Positions 51,741 through 64,000 of a stretch of DNA of 64,000 nucleotides are shown here, one piece after another. Positions within the stretch are counted from its first letter, which is position 1, and every line of letters begins with the position of its first letter. The stretch comes from Octopus sinensis (taxonomy: Eukaryota): contig NC_043024.1 of the NCBI RefSeq assembly GCF_006345805.1, forward strand, positions 10,788,001-10,852,000. Direction: 5' to 3'. The notes under the pieces are model-generated. The model made no database searches, was not told the DNA's origin, and was given only the letters and a program-made list of their open reading frames with translations. The position numbers and the translations under genes were made by a program.

Positions 51741-51894
51741 CATTTCCTGGAGATTTAATCCTTTAGCATTTGGATTATCCTGTGAAACACAATGCTTATT
51801 TATTCACATAGTTTTGAATTAATCAAGCATTGTTTCATAACTTCAAAATTTCAATGATGAGATTGTTTATTTTTAGAATGACATTGTAGGGTAG

Positions 51895-51939
<45 letters not shown>

Positions 51940-54234
51940 CATGTAAAAAAACATCCCACTACACTTGTGGAGTGCTTGGCATTAGGAAGGGCATCCCAGC
52001 CATAGAAACCTTGCCAAATCAGATCAGAACTTGCTGCAGTTCCCTGGCTTACCAGTTTCCAAGCATGGAAAACAGGCATTAAATGATGATTATATATATA
52101 CACACCCGTGCCAGTGGAACGTTAAAAGCACTTTTTGAGTGTGATCGTTGCCAGGGCTGCTGACTACCTCCTGTGCTGTTGGCACATAAAAAAAAAGAAC
52201 CATTCAAGAATGGTCGTTGCCAGTGCCACCAGTGGCTATGGGCGAAGAGGTTGTGTTTGTGTTATGGACAAGATTGAAAGGACTAAAGACACATTTTCCT
52301 CTTCAGTCATGTCCTCATCACAGTAGCATAGAAAGGTGGTTGAGGTGGTGGTAGCATTGCCCTGGGTGACACTTTTATGGGAATGGCACTATCAGGGCCT
52401 GGTGTCACATGCTACTATTAAGCACCTGTGCTGGTGTCATGTAAAGAGCACCCACTACACCTCATAAAGTGGTTTGGCATTAGGAAGGGCATCCAGCTGT
52501 AGAAACCATGCCAAAGCATACCTTGCCAGTGCTGGGTCCACTTAAGAAGCATTCAGTCCACCCTGTAAAGTGGTTGGCATTAGGAAGGGCATCGAGCTGT
52601 AGAAACCATGCCAAAGCAGACCTGGCCAGTGCTGTTGCCACATGAAAAGCACCCAGGCCTTTCTGTAAAGTGGTTGGCATTAGGAAGGGCATCCAACCAT
52701 AGAACCCATACCACAGCAGACAAGTGGAGCCTGGTGCAGCTCTTGCCAAACTGTCCAATCCATTCCAGCATGGAAAATGGACATTAAATGACAGTGATGA
52801 CAAGGGAGATGATGGAAAATACAAGGGTGACCCTCAAGCAGTGCACACACCCTAGCTATGCCCACTGCCCCATCGACTTCTCCAAGTTTCTCTTGAATTG
52901 GAAAGGGAGATGTTTCTCTCCATTAAATATGGAGAGTGGCAAGTAAGAATAGTCTTCTGCATGAATGGAACTAGTCTCAGCATGTTCCTCTTGTCCAGAG
53001 AAAACTATCGGGGAGGGCTCTCTGTAGTCAGTGTCCTCCCGGATCTGCGGGTTTCCTTGGTTGACCCTAAGTGGTTGGTTCCTTCCTGGGACATCTTATT
53101 TGCTCCTTCTCCCTCTCCTTTTTTACGTCTGTGTAACTGAGATATTTTGGTTGGATTATATTGTCATTGGTGTTACATTACTTTCTATTTTTAGTAACTG
53201 TCACAATATACTTTTCTAGGCCTGAATTTTTTGTGGGAAAGGGGCCAGTTGATTAGATCAACCCCAGTACGCAACTGGTTCTTAATTTATCGAACCTGAA
53301 AGGATGAAAAGCAAAGTCGATTTCGGCAGAATTTGAACCCAGAATGTGGTGGCATATAACCTGCAAGTAGCACGCAAAAAGCACCAACTTGACCGCTGCC
53401 AGCCTCCCTGGCACCTGTACCGGTGGCATGTAAAAAGCACCCACTACACTCATGGAGTGGTTGGCGTTAGGAAGGGCATCCAGCTGTAGAAACACTGCCA
53501 GATCAGACTGGAGCCTGGTGCAGCCTCCTGGCTTCCCAGGCCCCGGTCGAATCATCCAACCCATGCCAGCATGGAAAACGGATGATGATGATGATGATGA
53601 TTCTCATGGCACCAGTAGACTTTACAGATGCTTGCATTTTTTTATGTTTTCTGTAAATTTTTCATGGGTCCAGCAAGTAATTGTTATTATTATTATTATT
53701 TGGCATTGGTAAGGACATCCAGCCATAGAAACATTGCCAGATCAGACTGGGCCTGGTGCAGTCTTCTGGCTTCCCAGACCCCGGTCGAACTGTCCAACCC
53801 ATGCTAGCATGGAAAGCGGACGCTAAACGATGATGATGATTATTATTATTATTATTATCATTATTATTATTATTATATGTACTAAAAAGTGGCAGTGTTG
53901 ATTCACCATTATACAAGGTTTTGTTGTTTGTTTTGTACTTTTGTTTTGATTCTAAGAAACTTGTTTGACATGTCAGTCGTACAACAATTCTGAAATGGTG
54001 GTTTTGGGCCAAAACCATATCGACTGTTGCTGCCCAATAATAATGATTGTTTTGACATGGCACAAGGCCAGCGATTCCTGGGGAGAAGGAAGTTGTTTAC
54101 ATTGACCCCCTGTGCTCGGGATGGAGGAAAGGTGAAGGTGTTCTCAGCGGCATTTGAACCCAGAACATAAGGAGCTTGCAAATATTCTGTTAAACATTTT
54201 GCTTGATGTGCTAACAATTCTGCCAGCTCACTGC

Positions 54235-54480
54235 CATAATAATAATAATAATGATAATAATAATAATAATAGTAATGATAATGATAATAATAATAATAAT
54301 AACACTAATAATAATAATAATAATGATATTAATAATAATAATGATATTAATATTAATAATAATAATAATAATAATAGTAATAATAATAATAACACTAATA
54401 ATAATAATAGTAATAATAATAATAACACTAATAATAATAATGATAATAATAGTAATAATAGTGATGATAATAATAATCTT
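54235..54480. repeat. (AAT)n trinucleotide array
   Basis: Directly visible; source of the poly-N/I/L ORFs. Confidence 0.95.
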
Positions 54481-54919
54481 TACTACGCTAGGCACAAGGT
54501 CCGAGAAGTTTTTGGGGGAAGGAGCCAGTAGATTAGATCGATCCCAGTACGCAACTGGTACTTATTTAATCGACCCTGAAAGGATGAAAGTCAAAATCGA
54601 CCTCGGCAGAATTTGAACTCAGAACATAAAGACAGACGAAATACCTATTTCTTTACTACCCACAAGGGGCTAAACACAGAGGGAACAAACACGGACAGAC
54701 AAATGGATTAAGTCGATTATATCGACCCCATTGCGTAACCGGTACTTATTTAATCGACCCCGAAGGATGAAAGGCAAAGTTGACCTTGGCGGAATTTGAA
54801 CTCAGAAAGTAACGGCAGACGAAATACGGCTACACATTTCGCCCGGCGTGCTAACGTTTCTGCCAGCTCGCCGTTAAGCATTTCATCAAGCGTGCTAACG
54901 ATTCTGCCAGTTTGTCACC

Positions 54920-54961
<42 letters not shown>

Positions 54962-55185
54962 GCGATGATGATGATGATTTCAAATTTTAGCACAAGGCCA
55001 GCAATTTCGGGGGAGGTGGTAAGTTGATTATATTGACCCCAGTGCTCAACTGGTATTTATTTCATCGACCCTGAAATGATGAAAGGCAGAGTCGACCTCT
55101 GCAGAGTTTGAACTCAGAACATAGACAGATGAAATGCTGCTTAGCATTTTGCCTGGCATACTAACGATTCTACCAGCTCACCACC

Positions 55186-55216
<31 letters not shown>

Positions 55217-58200
55217 TTTTGGTACAAGGCCAGCAATTTCAGGGAGTTAGCAAAAACCAAAGTCTTAGTAAGTAGGGTTAGGGTTAGACACGTAAAAAGT
55301 ACCCACTACACTCTCAGAGTGGTTGGGATTAGGAAGGGTATCCAGCTGTAGAATCATTGCCAGATCAGACTGAGCCTGGTGCAGCCTTCTGGCTCTCCAG
55401 TCCTCAGTCAAACCGTCCAACCCATGCCAGCATGGAAAGCAGATGTTAAACAATGACAATGATGATAATGGGTAAGTTGATTACATCAGTCCCCGTGTTC
55501 AGTTGGTACTTATTTTATCAACCCCACAAAAGGGATGAAAAGCAAAGTCGACCTTGGTGGAATTTGAACTCAGTGATTAAAGGGATGGACAAAATACCAC
55601 TAAATATTTTGGTCAGTCTCCTAACAACTTTCACCAGCTTAATAATGAGAGTTATTTTACTAAATTTTTCATCTTCATTCTTATTATTTGAAACATCATC
55701 ATCATCATTTAATGTCCGTTTTCCATGCTAGCACGGGTTGGACGATTTGACCAGGGTCTGGGAAGCCAGGAGGCTGCACCAGGCTCCAGTCTGATCTGGC
55801 AGTATTTCTACAGCTTGATGCTCTTCCTAACGCCAACCACTTTGTGAGTGTAGTGGGTGCATTGTACATGCCACCAGCACAGGTGCCAGAGAAGGCTGGC
55901 TGTGGCCACGATCGATTGGTGCCTTTTACATGCCACTGGCTTCTGTGCCGGTCAAGGCGGCGCTGGCAATGGCCACAGAAACAGAGATAGAATATTTCAT
56001 CACAATAACGATAAGAAAGGGGTCGAAGCATTTCCCAAATCTGAAGAGTCGACAGAATCTGTTGTTCTGTTTAACACTTTTGGTTGCCTTCAGTGGTGTC
56101 CATTCTGTTGCAGACATTTTCAGAACAGGGCACTTGAAATGAGGAACATATCTTCATCCATTCTTTCTTACTGTAATAGCATCTCATGAGTTGTGCTTTC
56201 ACCATCATCATCATACCTGTCTTATCATCCATTTCTCCATGCTTGCATGGATTGGACAGAATTTATTGAGGTTAATTTCTCTGTAGCTGGATGCTTTTCC
56301 TGTCACATAACCCTCACCTGTTTCCAAACAAGGTTATGTTCTCTTGTGGTCAGAGATGCTTTTGCAGCATACTGGAAGTGAATGACATTCAGGTACCAGA
56401 ATCATATGTTGTGAAGGCATAATAGCCTTGGGCTGACCAAAGTCTTGTGAGTGCATTTGGTAGACAGAAACCGAAAGAGTAAGGCAGCGGGCTGGCAGAA
56501 TCGTTAGCACACCAGGCGAAATGCTTAGCGGTATTTCATCTGCCACTACGTTCTGAGTTCAAATTCCACCGAGGTCGACTTTGCCTTTCATCCTTTTGAG
56601 GGTTGATTAAATAAGTACCAGTTACGCACTGGGGTCGATGTAATCAACTTGAATCCCTCTGTCTCTCCTTGTTTGTCTCCTCTGTGTTTAGTCCCTTGTG
56701 GACAATAAAGAAATAAACTGAAAGAAGCCCGTTGAATATATATACATATGTGTGTGTGTGCGTTTGTGTAGCTGTGTTTGTCCCCCACCATCGCTTGACA
56801 ACCAATGTTGGTGTGTTTACATCCCCGTAACTTAACAGTTCGGCAAAAGGGTCTGATAGAATAAGTACTAGGCTTACAAAGAACAAGTCCTGGGGAGGGG
56901 GGGCGATCTGTTCGACTGAAGACAGTGCTCCAGCATGGCCGCAGTCAAATGACTGAAACAAACACAAAAAAAAACGTGAAAGAAAGGGCTACCCTTCTTC
57001 TTAAGACTGCGCCACTTCACAAAAAAAAACCCAAAAAACAAAACAAAAAAGACCGAATCTCTGGAGCAAGTCCTGCTGCTTGTGCCCCCTGCAGATGGTG
57101 TCCCTGAGATGGTGCTCCTACGTACTGCACTCCTACTATTGCTGGTGCTACTACACTTACTAACTCACAGCTGTGCTGTTTCTGGTCTCTGCCTCTTGTA
57201 GTCACTAGTACAATGGACTCTGAACTGGTTGGCTGGCTTCATGCCATTTACATTTACAAATTTGTAGCTTTGTACTACCTATACTAGAAACCGTGTTTTT
57301 TTTCTTCTGTTTTTTGTTGTTGTTGTCGTTGTTGTTGTTTTTTGGGGGGTGTTGGTGGTGGTGAATGGAGGGTGGATGGTTTTAAATCGGGTAGGTGCCT
57401 TGCAGTATTTAGTTACCTGTTTGTACAAATTCCACTTTGCTTTTTCATCCTTCTGGTGTTGCTAAAATAAGTACCAGTGGCGTATGGTGGTTGATGTCAC
57501 AGGTACGTGCTACTATGTTAAACACACACACACACAGCACACGTGTAAACATGCACACACAAACACAGAAACATACACACACCCTTGCACATGCACATAT
57601 ACACATACATATATATTTTTGCTTGTTTCAGTCATCAGACCATGGCCATGCTGGGGCACCACCTTAAAGAATCTTTAGTTGAATAGATCAACCCAAGTAC
57701 TTTCTTTTATTAGGCCTGGTACTTATTTTATCAGTTTCTATTGCCAAACTGCTAAGTCACAGGAACATAGCAAATCGACACTAGTTGTCAAGTGGAGGTC
57801 ACAAACACACACAATTATATGTATATTTCCCATTGAGTTTAATTAATCGTGCATTATCTCATATCTTCAAGATCTTGATGGTGTAATTACTTAATGTAGA
57901 ATAACATTGTAGGGTAGGTGTGAGAGCCTGAATCTGGTTAATTTGAACAGATTAAATATTTTGGCCGGATATGGCCAGTTTAAATACTAAAGGGTTAAGC
58001 ATCACCCCTATGCTAAAATTATATTTTAAACTCTCTCCCTCTATATCACTACCTTCAACTAAATTTTTTAACCACATAATATATATTACATTCCCCCTTC
58101 CTCACATCATGGACACTTCTCTCTCCCTCTTTTTATGTCTCCATCCTTTCTTTCTCCCTCTTCTTCTCTAATCACACAAAAGCATTACCAGCAGGCTAAG

Positions 58201-58337
58201 TATAAGGAATGGCAAGCAGAATTATTTTAAGGTGTGGTGTGTGTGTTAATGTTTGTTTTTTATGTTCAGTTATAATAAAAACAATTTTACATTAATCTGA
58301 TGGGTTACTCTATACTTCTATAGAATAGAAATTTATT

Positions 58338-58546
58338 ATTGCTGTGTGGAAGGTATTTATAAGCCATTTAAGAAACCGCAACCTGTTCACTGACAAAATT
58401 CTGTGCTGCATAGAATTTTTTCAGTGAACAGGTCACGGTCTCAAAGTGACAAAAATATTTTGGCAAATTAAATTTAAATGTTGAAATAAATCTAACGGTT
58501 TTTGAGTGCTTCTTAAATGGCTTATAAGCACCTTCCACACCGCAAT
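58338..58546. mobile_element. Nested inverted-repeat element
   Basis: Outer arms 58338-58374 and 58510-58546, inner arms about 58380-58404 and 58412-58435; a relative at 28545-29170 is split by a family B SINE. Confidence 0.7.
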
Positions 58547-60708
58547 TGCTTTCGTTCCAGCACACGATCTAAGATCATGTCACTTGCTATGCAAGTACAT
58601 CTCTGTAAATTTATAATTCTTAAACAAGAATGTTGTTGAGAGTGACTTGTTTTGGCCAGCTAAGCCATCATCAGACTGCAATGCATTATACTAACTCTAA
58701 TACATCGCAGTCTAACAATAGCTTAGCTGGATGAAACTTCGTAGTCACTGTCAACAACATTTTGGTATCAGAATAATAAACACACACACAGATAACAGAA
58801 TTGATGCTGGTGATGGTGCCACATGGAAAGCATCTGTGTTGGTGCCTCATAGAAAACACCCAGTTCACTCTGTAAAGTGGTTGGCATTAAGAAGGGCATC
58901 CGGATGTAGAAACCACCCCAAAACAGACAATGGGGTCAGCTGCAGCTCCTGGCCTTACTGTCTCCAGTCAAACCATCCAACCCATGCCAGCATGGAAAAC
59001 GGATGCTAAATGATGATGATGATGATGATGATGCATGTGCACCCCCCACACACACACACACACACTTGTAAATACCAGCTGATTTAACCATGTCCCTTCT
59101 GCCATGCTGCTAAAGTCAGGGTCTTTGTTGTTGTTGTTTGCTCCCTCTCGAGCTATGCCTGGCTCATAAGGGCCAGTTTCCCGGTTTCCTTGGCATATAG
59201 GTACCCCACCTGGACGGCACCCCGGTCCATCACAGGTGAGCTGCAAGATGCAGGAGGAAAGCGTGAGAGAAAGTTGTGGCGAAAGAGTCAGCAGAAGTTT
59301 CGCCATTACCTTCTACCGGAGCCGCGTGGGGCTTAGGTGTTTTCGCTCATAAACACACACATCGCCCGGTCTGAGATTCGAACCTGCAATCCCTCAACTG
59401 CGAATCTGCTGCTCTAACCACTAGGCCATGTGCCTCTGCTCAGGGTCTTTGAATTATGTTCTGCTACATTCCTGCTAAAAGCATATGCTCAAGTATTTAG
59501 TTACATTCTAAGTTCAAATCCTATCAAGGTCAGCCTACCCTTTCATTCTCTCCGGGTGGATAAAAATAAAGTACCAGATGGCGTTGATATAATTACCACC
59601 ACCTGTCTGTCTGGGGACCAAAATAATGTGTCTATGCTAAAAAATTATAATTATCATCATAATGTCGCACCATCACTATTTCTCCTGCTCCCCCGCCCAT
59701 CATGCTCTTGTCCCTAGAACACTTATTTTGTCTACCCTTGGGAGCATTTGAAGTGAGAACATAAAGCACCTGTGCTGTTGCCTTCTGGGTTTTGTGACCC
59801 TTATTCATTTTTTGGCAATGAACCTCCTTGGGCTCCTATTTTGTTTGTTCCTACAGACCTTCATAGCTATTTGATGTGTAATCCTTTGGCATTTAATCCA
59901 GCCATGCCTAGCACAAATATTCTGTTTTATGTTAAAACTGACCACATCCAGCCTCTCAAACCTACCCTACAATGTTATTCTAAAAGTATACAAACACACC
60001 TTTGAAATCTCAGAGCTGTGAGATAATGCATGTTCAAAACGATGTGGATAAATAGGGATTACATTTAACAAAGAAATTTGAATGCTAAAGGGTTTAACGT
60101 CCGTTTTCCATGCTGGCATGGGTTGGATGGTTCGACTGGGGTCTGGGAAGCCAGGAGGCTGCACCAGGCTCCAGTCTGATCTGGCAGTGGATGCCCTTCC
60201 TAACGCCAACCACTCCGAGACTGTTGTGGGTGCTTTTACGTGCCACTGGCACAGGGGCCAGAGGGGGCTGGCAATGGCCACGTTTGGTTGGTGCTTTTTA
60301 TGTGCCACCAGCATGGGAGCCAATCAAGGTGGCACTGGCACTTGTATTCCAAAAATTGTTAAAATATTTTATGTATTCTAGAAATATAACCAAAAAAATT
60401 TTATATGGGGCCTCCCCAAGGGTTGTAGGATCTTTGGTTGAGAACCACTGCTCCAGGTCATGTTGTTTAGAATAAATGGAGACACAGAAAAGTAAAAGAG
60501 CCGATTCCTTAATGTTTTGGGACACAAAGTGGCTGCAATAGTGCTGAATGCCAGGAGTTCAGCAAAAGACCCTGAGAGAAAAGGGGCCATGCGTGAGAAA
60601 AACAAAAAATAAGCCCAGGGGCTTATTTGTTCATTTGTTCGATTAAAACATTTCACGATGCTGCTCCAGCATGGCCACAGTCTGATGACTAGAACAAGCA
60701 AAATAAAT

Positions 60709-61495
60709 ATTTATATATGAAGCTGAAGTTGTTTGTGTGTGGCAGGTTTGGTAGCCTTCAACTAACGCTATCTTCTCCGAGACCCTGCGGCGCAAGTTGA
60801 CCAAACTTGAGAATATGATAGAAGAAGGCTTGCTCTTCATTCCGTAGAAGATAAAATTCAAATCGGACCATGTTAACACCAAAAATTATTTACATCAAAA
60901 TGTTGTTTTTTCTCTATGAAAATCCCTATTTTTTAACGATTTTTTGACTGCCGTGTTGCCATTTTTCGGTGTATTTCAACCAGAAAAATGTTCACTTAAA
61001 GAGAATAACAAGCTACATAATGCAAAATTTTTACTTTTCAAAAATTCCAATTCTAAAGGGTCGAAACAAACCCGAGCAACACCGGGTGATACTGCTAGTC
61101 TATATATATAAAGCTGAAGTTGTCTGTGTGTGGCAGGTTTGGTAGCCTTCAACTAACACTATCTCCTCCGAGACCCTGTGGCGCAAGTTGACCAAAATTG
61201 AAAGTATGATAGAAGAAGGCTTGCTCTTCATTCCGTAGAAGAAAAAATTCAAATTAGACCATGTTAACACCAAAAATTATTTACATCAAAAAGGTGCTTT
61301 TTTTCTATGAAAATCCCTATTTTTAACGATTTTTTGATTGCTGTGTCACTATTTTTCGGTGTATTTCAACCAGAAAAATGTTCACTTAAAGAGAATAACA
61401 AGCTACATAATGCAAAAGTTTTACTTTTCAAAAATTCCAATTCTAAAGGGTCGAAAAGAAAACAAACCTCGTGCAATGCTGGGCTATACTGCTAG
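60709..61495 (+). mobile_element. Head-to-tail dimer of a non-autonomous Helitron (about 390 and 397 bp)
   Basis: Junction CTAG|TC at 61095-61100; subterminal hairpin ACCCG...CGGGT (61070-61087); second copy ends CTAG(61495)|T. Confidence 0.82.
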
Positions 61496-62750
61496 TATTT
61501 GATAAATTAATGAGTGACCCAGAAAATGGATCCCTCACTTTGAAACCATTTTCAAGTTGAGTAGTTTTTAGCTGTCAATGTGGTGGTGATTAAATTTGTT
61601 CTCTTTTAATTTGTGATGATCTTGTGCCAATGTAATTAAAGTATTTGCCCTCATTCAGTGAAATGGACGGTAAAGACATCGTGATTTTTCTCTCTTCTGA
61701 CACACAATCACCTCAGGTGTCTGGTTACAATCACCTGGCACAGAAATCATTTGCAGGTAATATTATATGACTGTGATGTTCCTCAGGATTAATCTCATCT
61801 CTAGTGGGTGTGTGGCTGTGTGGTAGTAAATTTGCTTCTCAATCACATGGTTCTGGGTTCAGTCCCACTGCATAGCACCTTGAATTATTCTTTGTAAGCC
61901 TAGTGCTTATTCTATCGGTCATTTTTGCCAAACCGCTAAGTTACGGGGATGTAAACACACCACCATCGGTTGTCAAGCGATGTTGGGGGACAAACATACA
62001 CACACATACATATATATATATATACGACGGGATTCTTTCAGTTTCCATCTACCAAATCCACTCACAAGGCTTTGTATGTATATATCGTGGCACTCTGTTG
62101 CTTACGACGGCGAGGATTCCAGTTGATTCGATCAACAGAACAGCCTGCTCATGAGATTAGCGTGCAAGTGGCTGAGCACTCCACAGACACGTGTACCCTT
62201 GACGTAGTTCTCGGGGAGATTCAGCGTGACACAGAGTGACAAAGCTGGCCCTTTGAAATACAGGTACAACAGAAACAGGAAAAAAGAGGGAGAGAAAGTC
62301 GTGGTGAACGAGTACAGCAGGGTTCAACACCAGCCCCTGCCGGTGCCTTGTGGACCTTTTAAATGTTTTTCGCTCAATAAACACAACGCCCAGACTGGGA
62401 ATCAAAACCGCGAGTCCGCTGCCCTAACCACTGGGCAATTGCACCTCCACATTATAATGAGAGACAGAAAAAGAATTAAAAAAAGGCAACACTACAAGTA
62501 AATAGGATATAACAAAAGCACAACTGTGTGTTTTATATGAAAGTTTGTTACTTTAAATATGTTTAATCTGATTAAAGTCTACTTAACGATGTTTAAGTAG
62601 TCCTTCGTTTCTTTCTTTTCCTTCATCTTCACCGTGAACAGAGCAAAGCAGATTAATTGGCAGATTGTGTGTGTGAGAGAGAGAGAAAGCGAGGGAGTGT
62701 CTGTTTGTTTTGTTACATATTCAAAAACCTCGTCAGTGTATTTGTCTTGG

Positions 62751-64000
62751 TTTGATGATGATAAGATATCTAACAACATCATCATCGTCATCATCATTAT
62801 CATCACTGCAGTATGGTTGCTTCACTGGTGAAGGCCATGGATTGGTTCCTGTATGATCCTTGCTTGTTTGCTCTCTCTCTCTCTCTCTCTATACATGTAT
62901 GCTGTAGGTCTGTTCTAACAAGGAATGGTTTCAGTTGAAACGTCTTTGAGTCTTAGTTTGATGATGATAAGATATCTAACAACATCATCATCGTCATCAT
63001 CATTATCATCACTGCAGTATGGTTGCTTCACTGGTGAAGGCCATGGATTGGTTCCTGTATGATCCTTGCTTGTTTGCTCTCTCTCTCTCTCTCTCTCTAT
63101 ACATGTATGCTGTAGGTCTGTTCTAACAAGGAATGGTTTCAGTTGAAACGTCTTTGAGTCTTAGTTTGATGATGATAAGATATCTAACAACATCATCATC
63201 GTCATCATCATTATCATCACTGCAGTATGGTGCTTCACTGGTGAAGGCCATGGATTGGTTCCTGTATGATCCTTGCTTGTTTGCTCTCTCTCTCTCTCTA
63301 TACATGTATGCTGTAGGTCTGTTCTAACAAGGAATGGTTTCAGTTGAAACGTCTTTGAGTCTTAGTTTGATGATGATAAGATATCTAACAACATCATCAT
63401 CGTATTCATCATTATCATCACTGCAGTATGGTTGCTTCACTGGTGAAGGCCATGGATTGGTTCCTGTATGATCCTTGCTTGTTTGCTCTCTCTCTCTCTC
63501 TATACATGTATGCTGTAGGTCTGTTCTAACAAGGAATGGTTTCAGTTGAAACGTCTTTGAGTCTTAGTTTGATGATGATAAGATATCTAACAACATCATC
63601 ATCGTCATCATCATTATCATCACTGCAGTATGGTTGCTTCACTGGTGAAGGCCATGGATTGGTTCCTGTATGATCCTTGCTTGTTTGCTCTCTCTCTCTC
63701 TCTATACATGTATGCTGTAGGTCTGTTCTAACAAGGAATGGTTTCAGTTGAAACGTCTTTGAGTCTTAGTTTGATGATGATAAGATATCTATCATCATCA
63801 TCATCATCATCATCATTATCATCACTGCAGTATGGTTGCTTCACTGGTGAAGGCCATGGATTGGTTCCTGTATGATCCTTGCTTGTTTGCTCTCTCTCTC
63901 TCTCTATACATGTATGCTGTAGGTCTGTTCTAACAAGGAATGGTTTCAGTTGAAACGTCTTTGAGTCTTAGTTTGATGATGATAAGATATCTAACAACAT
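62751..64000. repeat. Tandem array of 201-208-bp units, more than 6 copies, runs off the window
   Basis: tttgatgatgataag at 62751, 62957, 63165, 63366, 63568, 63770 and 63972; units differ mainly in (CT)n and (ATC)n length. Confidence 0.96.

Noticed and set aside
43544-64000. Search for XPO4 exon 2 (expected APP...EQR...F..FRK)
   Set aside because: Not found by eye; candidates such as 61711-61758 do not match, so exon 2 probably lies beyond the window.

Overview
AT-rich, microsatellite-dense eukaryotic DNA. The SINE and MITE families and the long-intron architecture point to a coleoid cephalopod, most likely Octopus (inference). Three protein genes are recognisable: first coding exon of a ceramide synthase (minus, 1741-1940, rest of gene left of the window); a complete single-ORF Bloom helicase BLM (minus, 32140-36585, no introns); and the first coding exon of exportin-4 (plus, 43493-43543, no further exon recognised in the remaining 20 kb). 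The rest is mostly repeats: at least four SINE families, fragments of RTE, CR1, Tx1/L1-like and R4/Dong-like LINEs, mariner/Tc1 remnants, piggyBac-like MITEs, a tandem non-autonomous Helitron, a 5S rRNA copy embedded in a SINE, and tandem arrays of 126, 153 and about 202 bp. The most unusual signals are several fold-back (long inverted repeat) elements sitting in (TA)n tracts, some carrying hammerhead-ribozyme cores of the Penelope-like type and one of these with a tRNA-like head; the intronless BLM; and a recurrent AAGGGAR(A/G)TAAY motif present as an inverted pair in the BLM promoter. Repeat coordinates are approximate (about 10-20 bp) unless ends are stated explicitly. No database searches were run.
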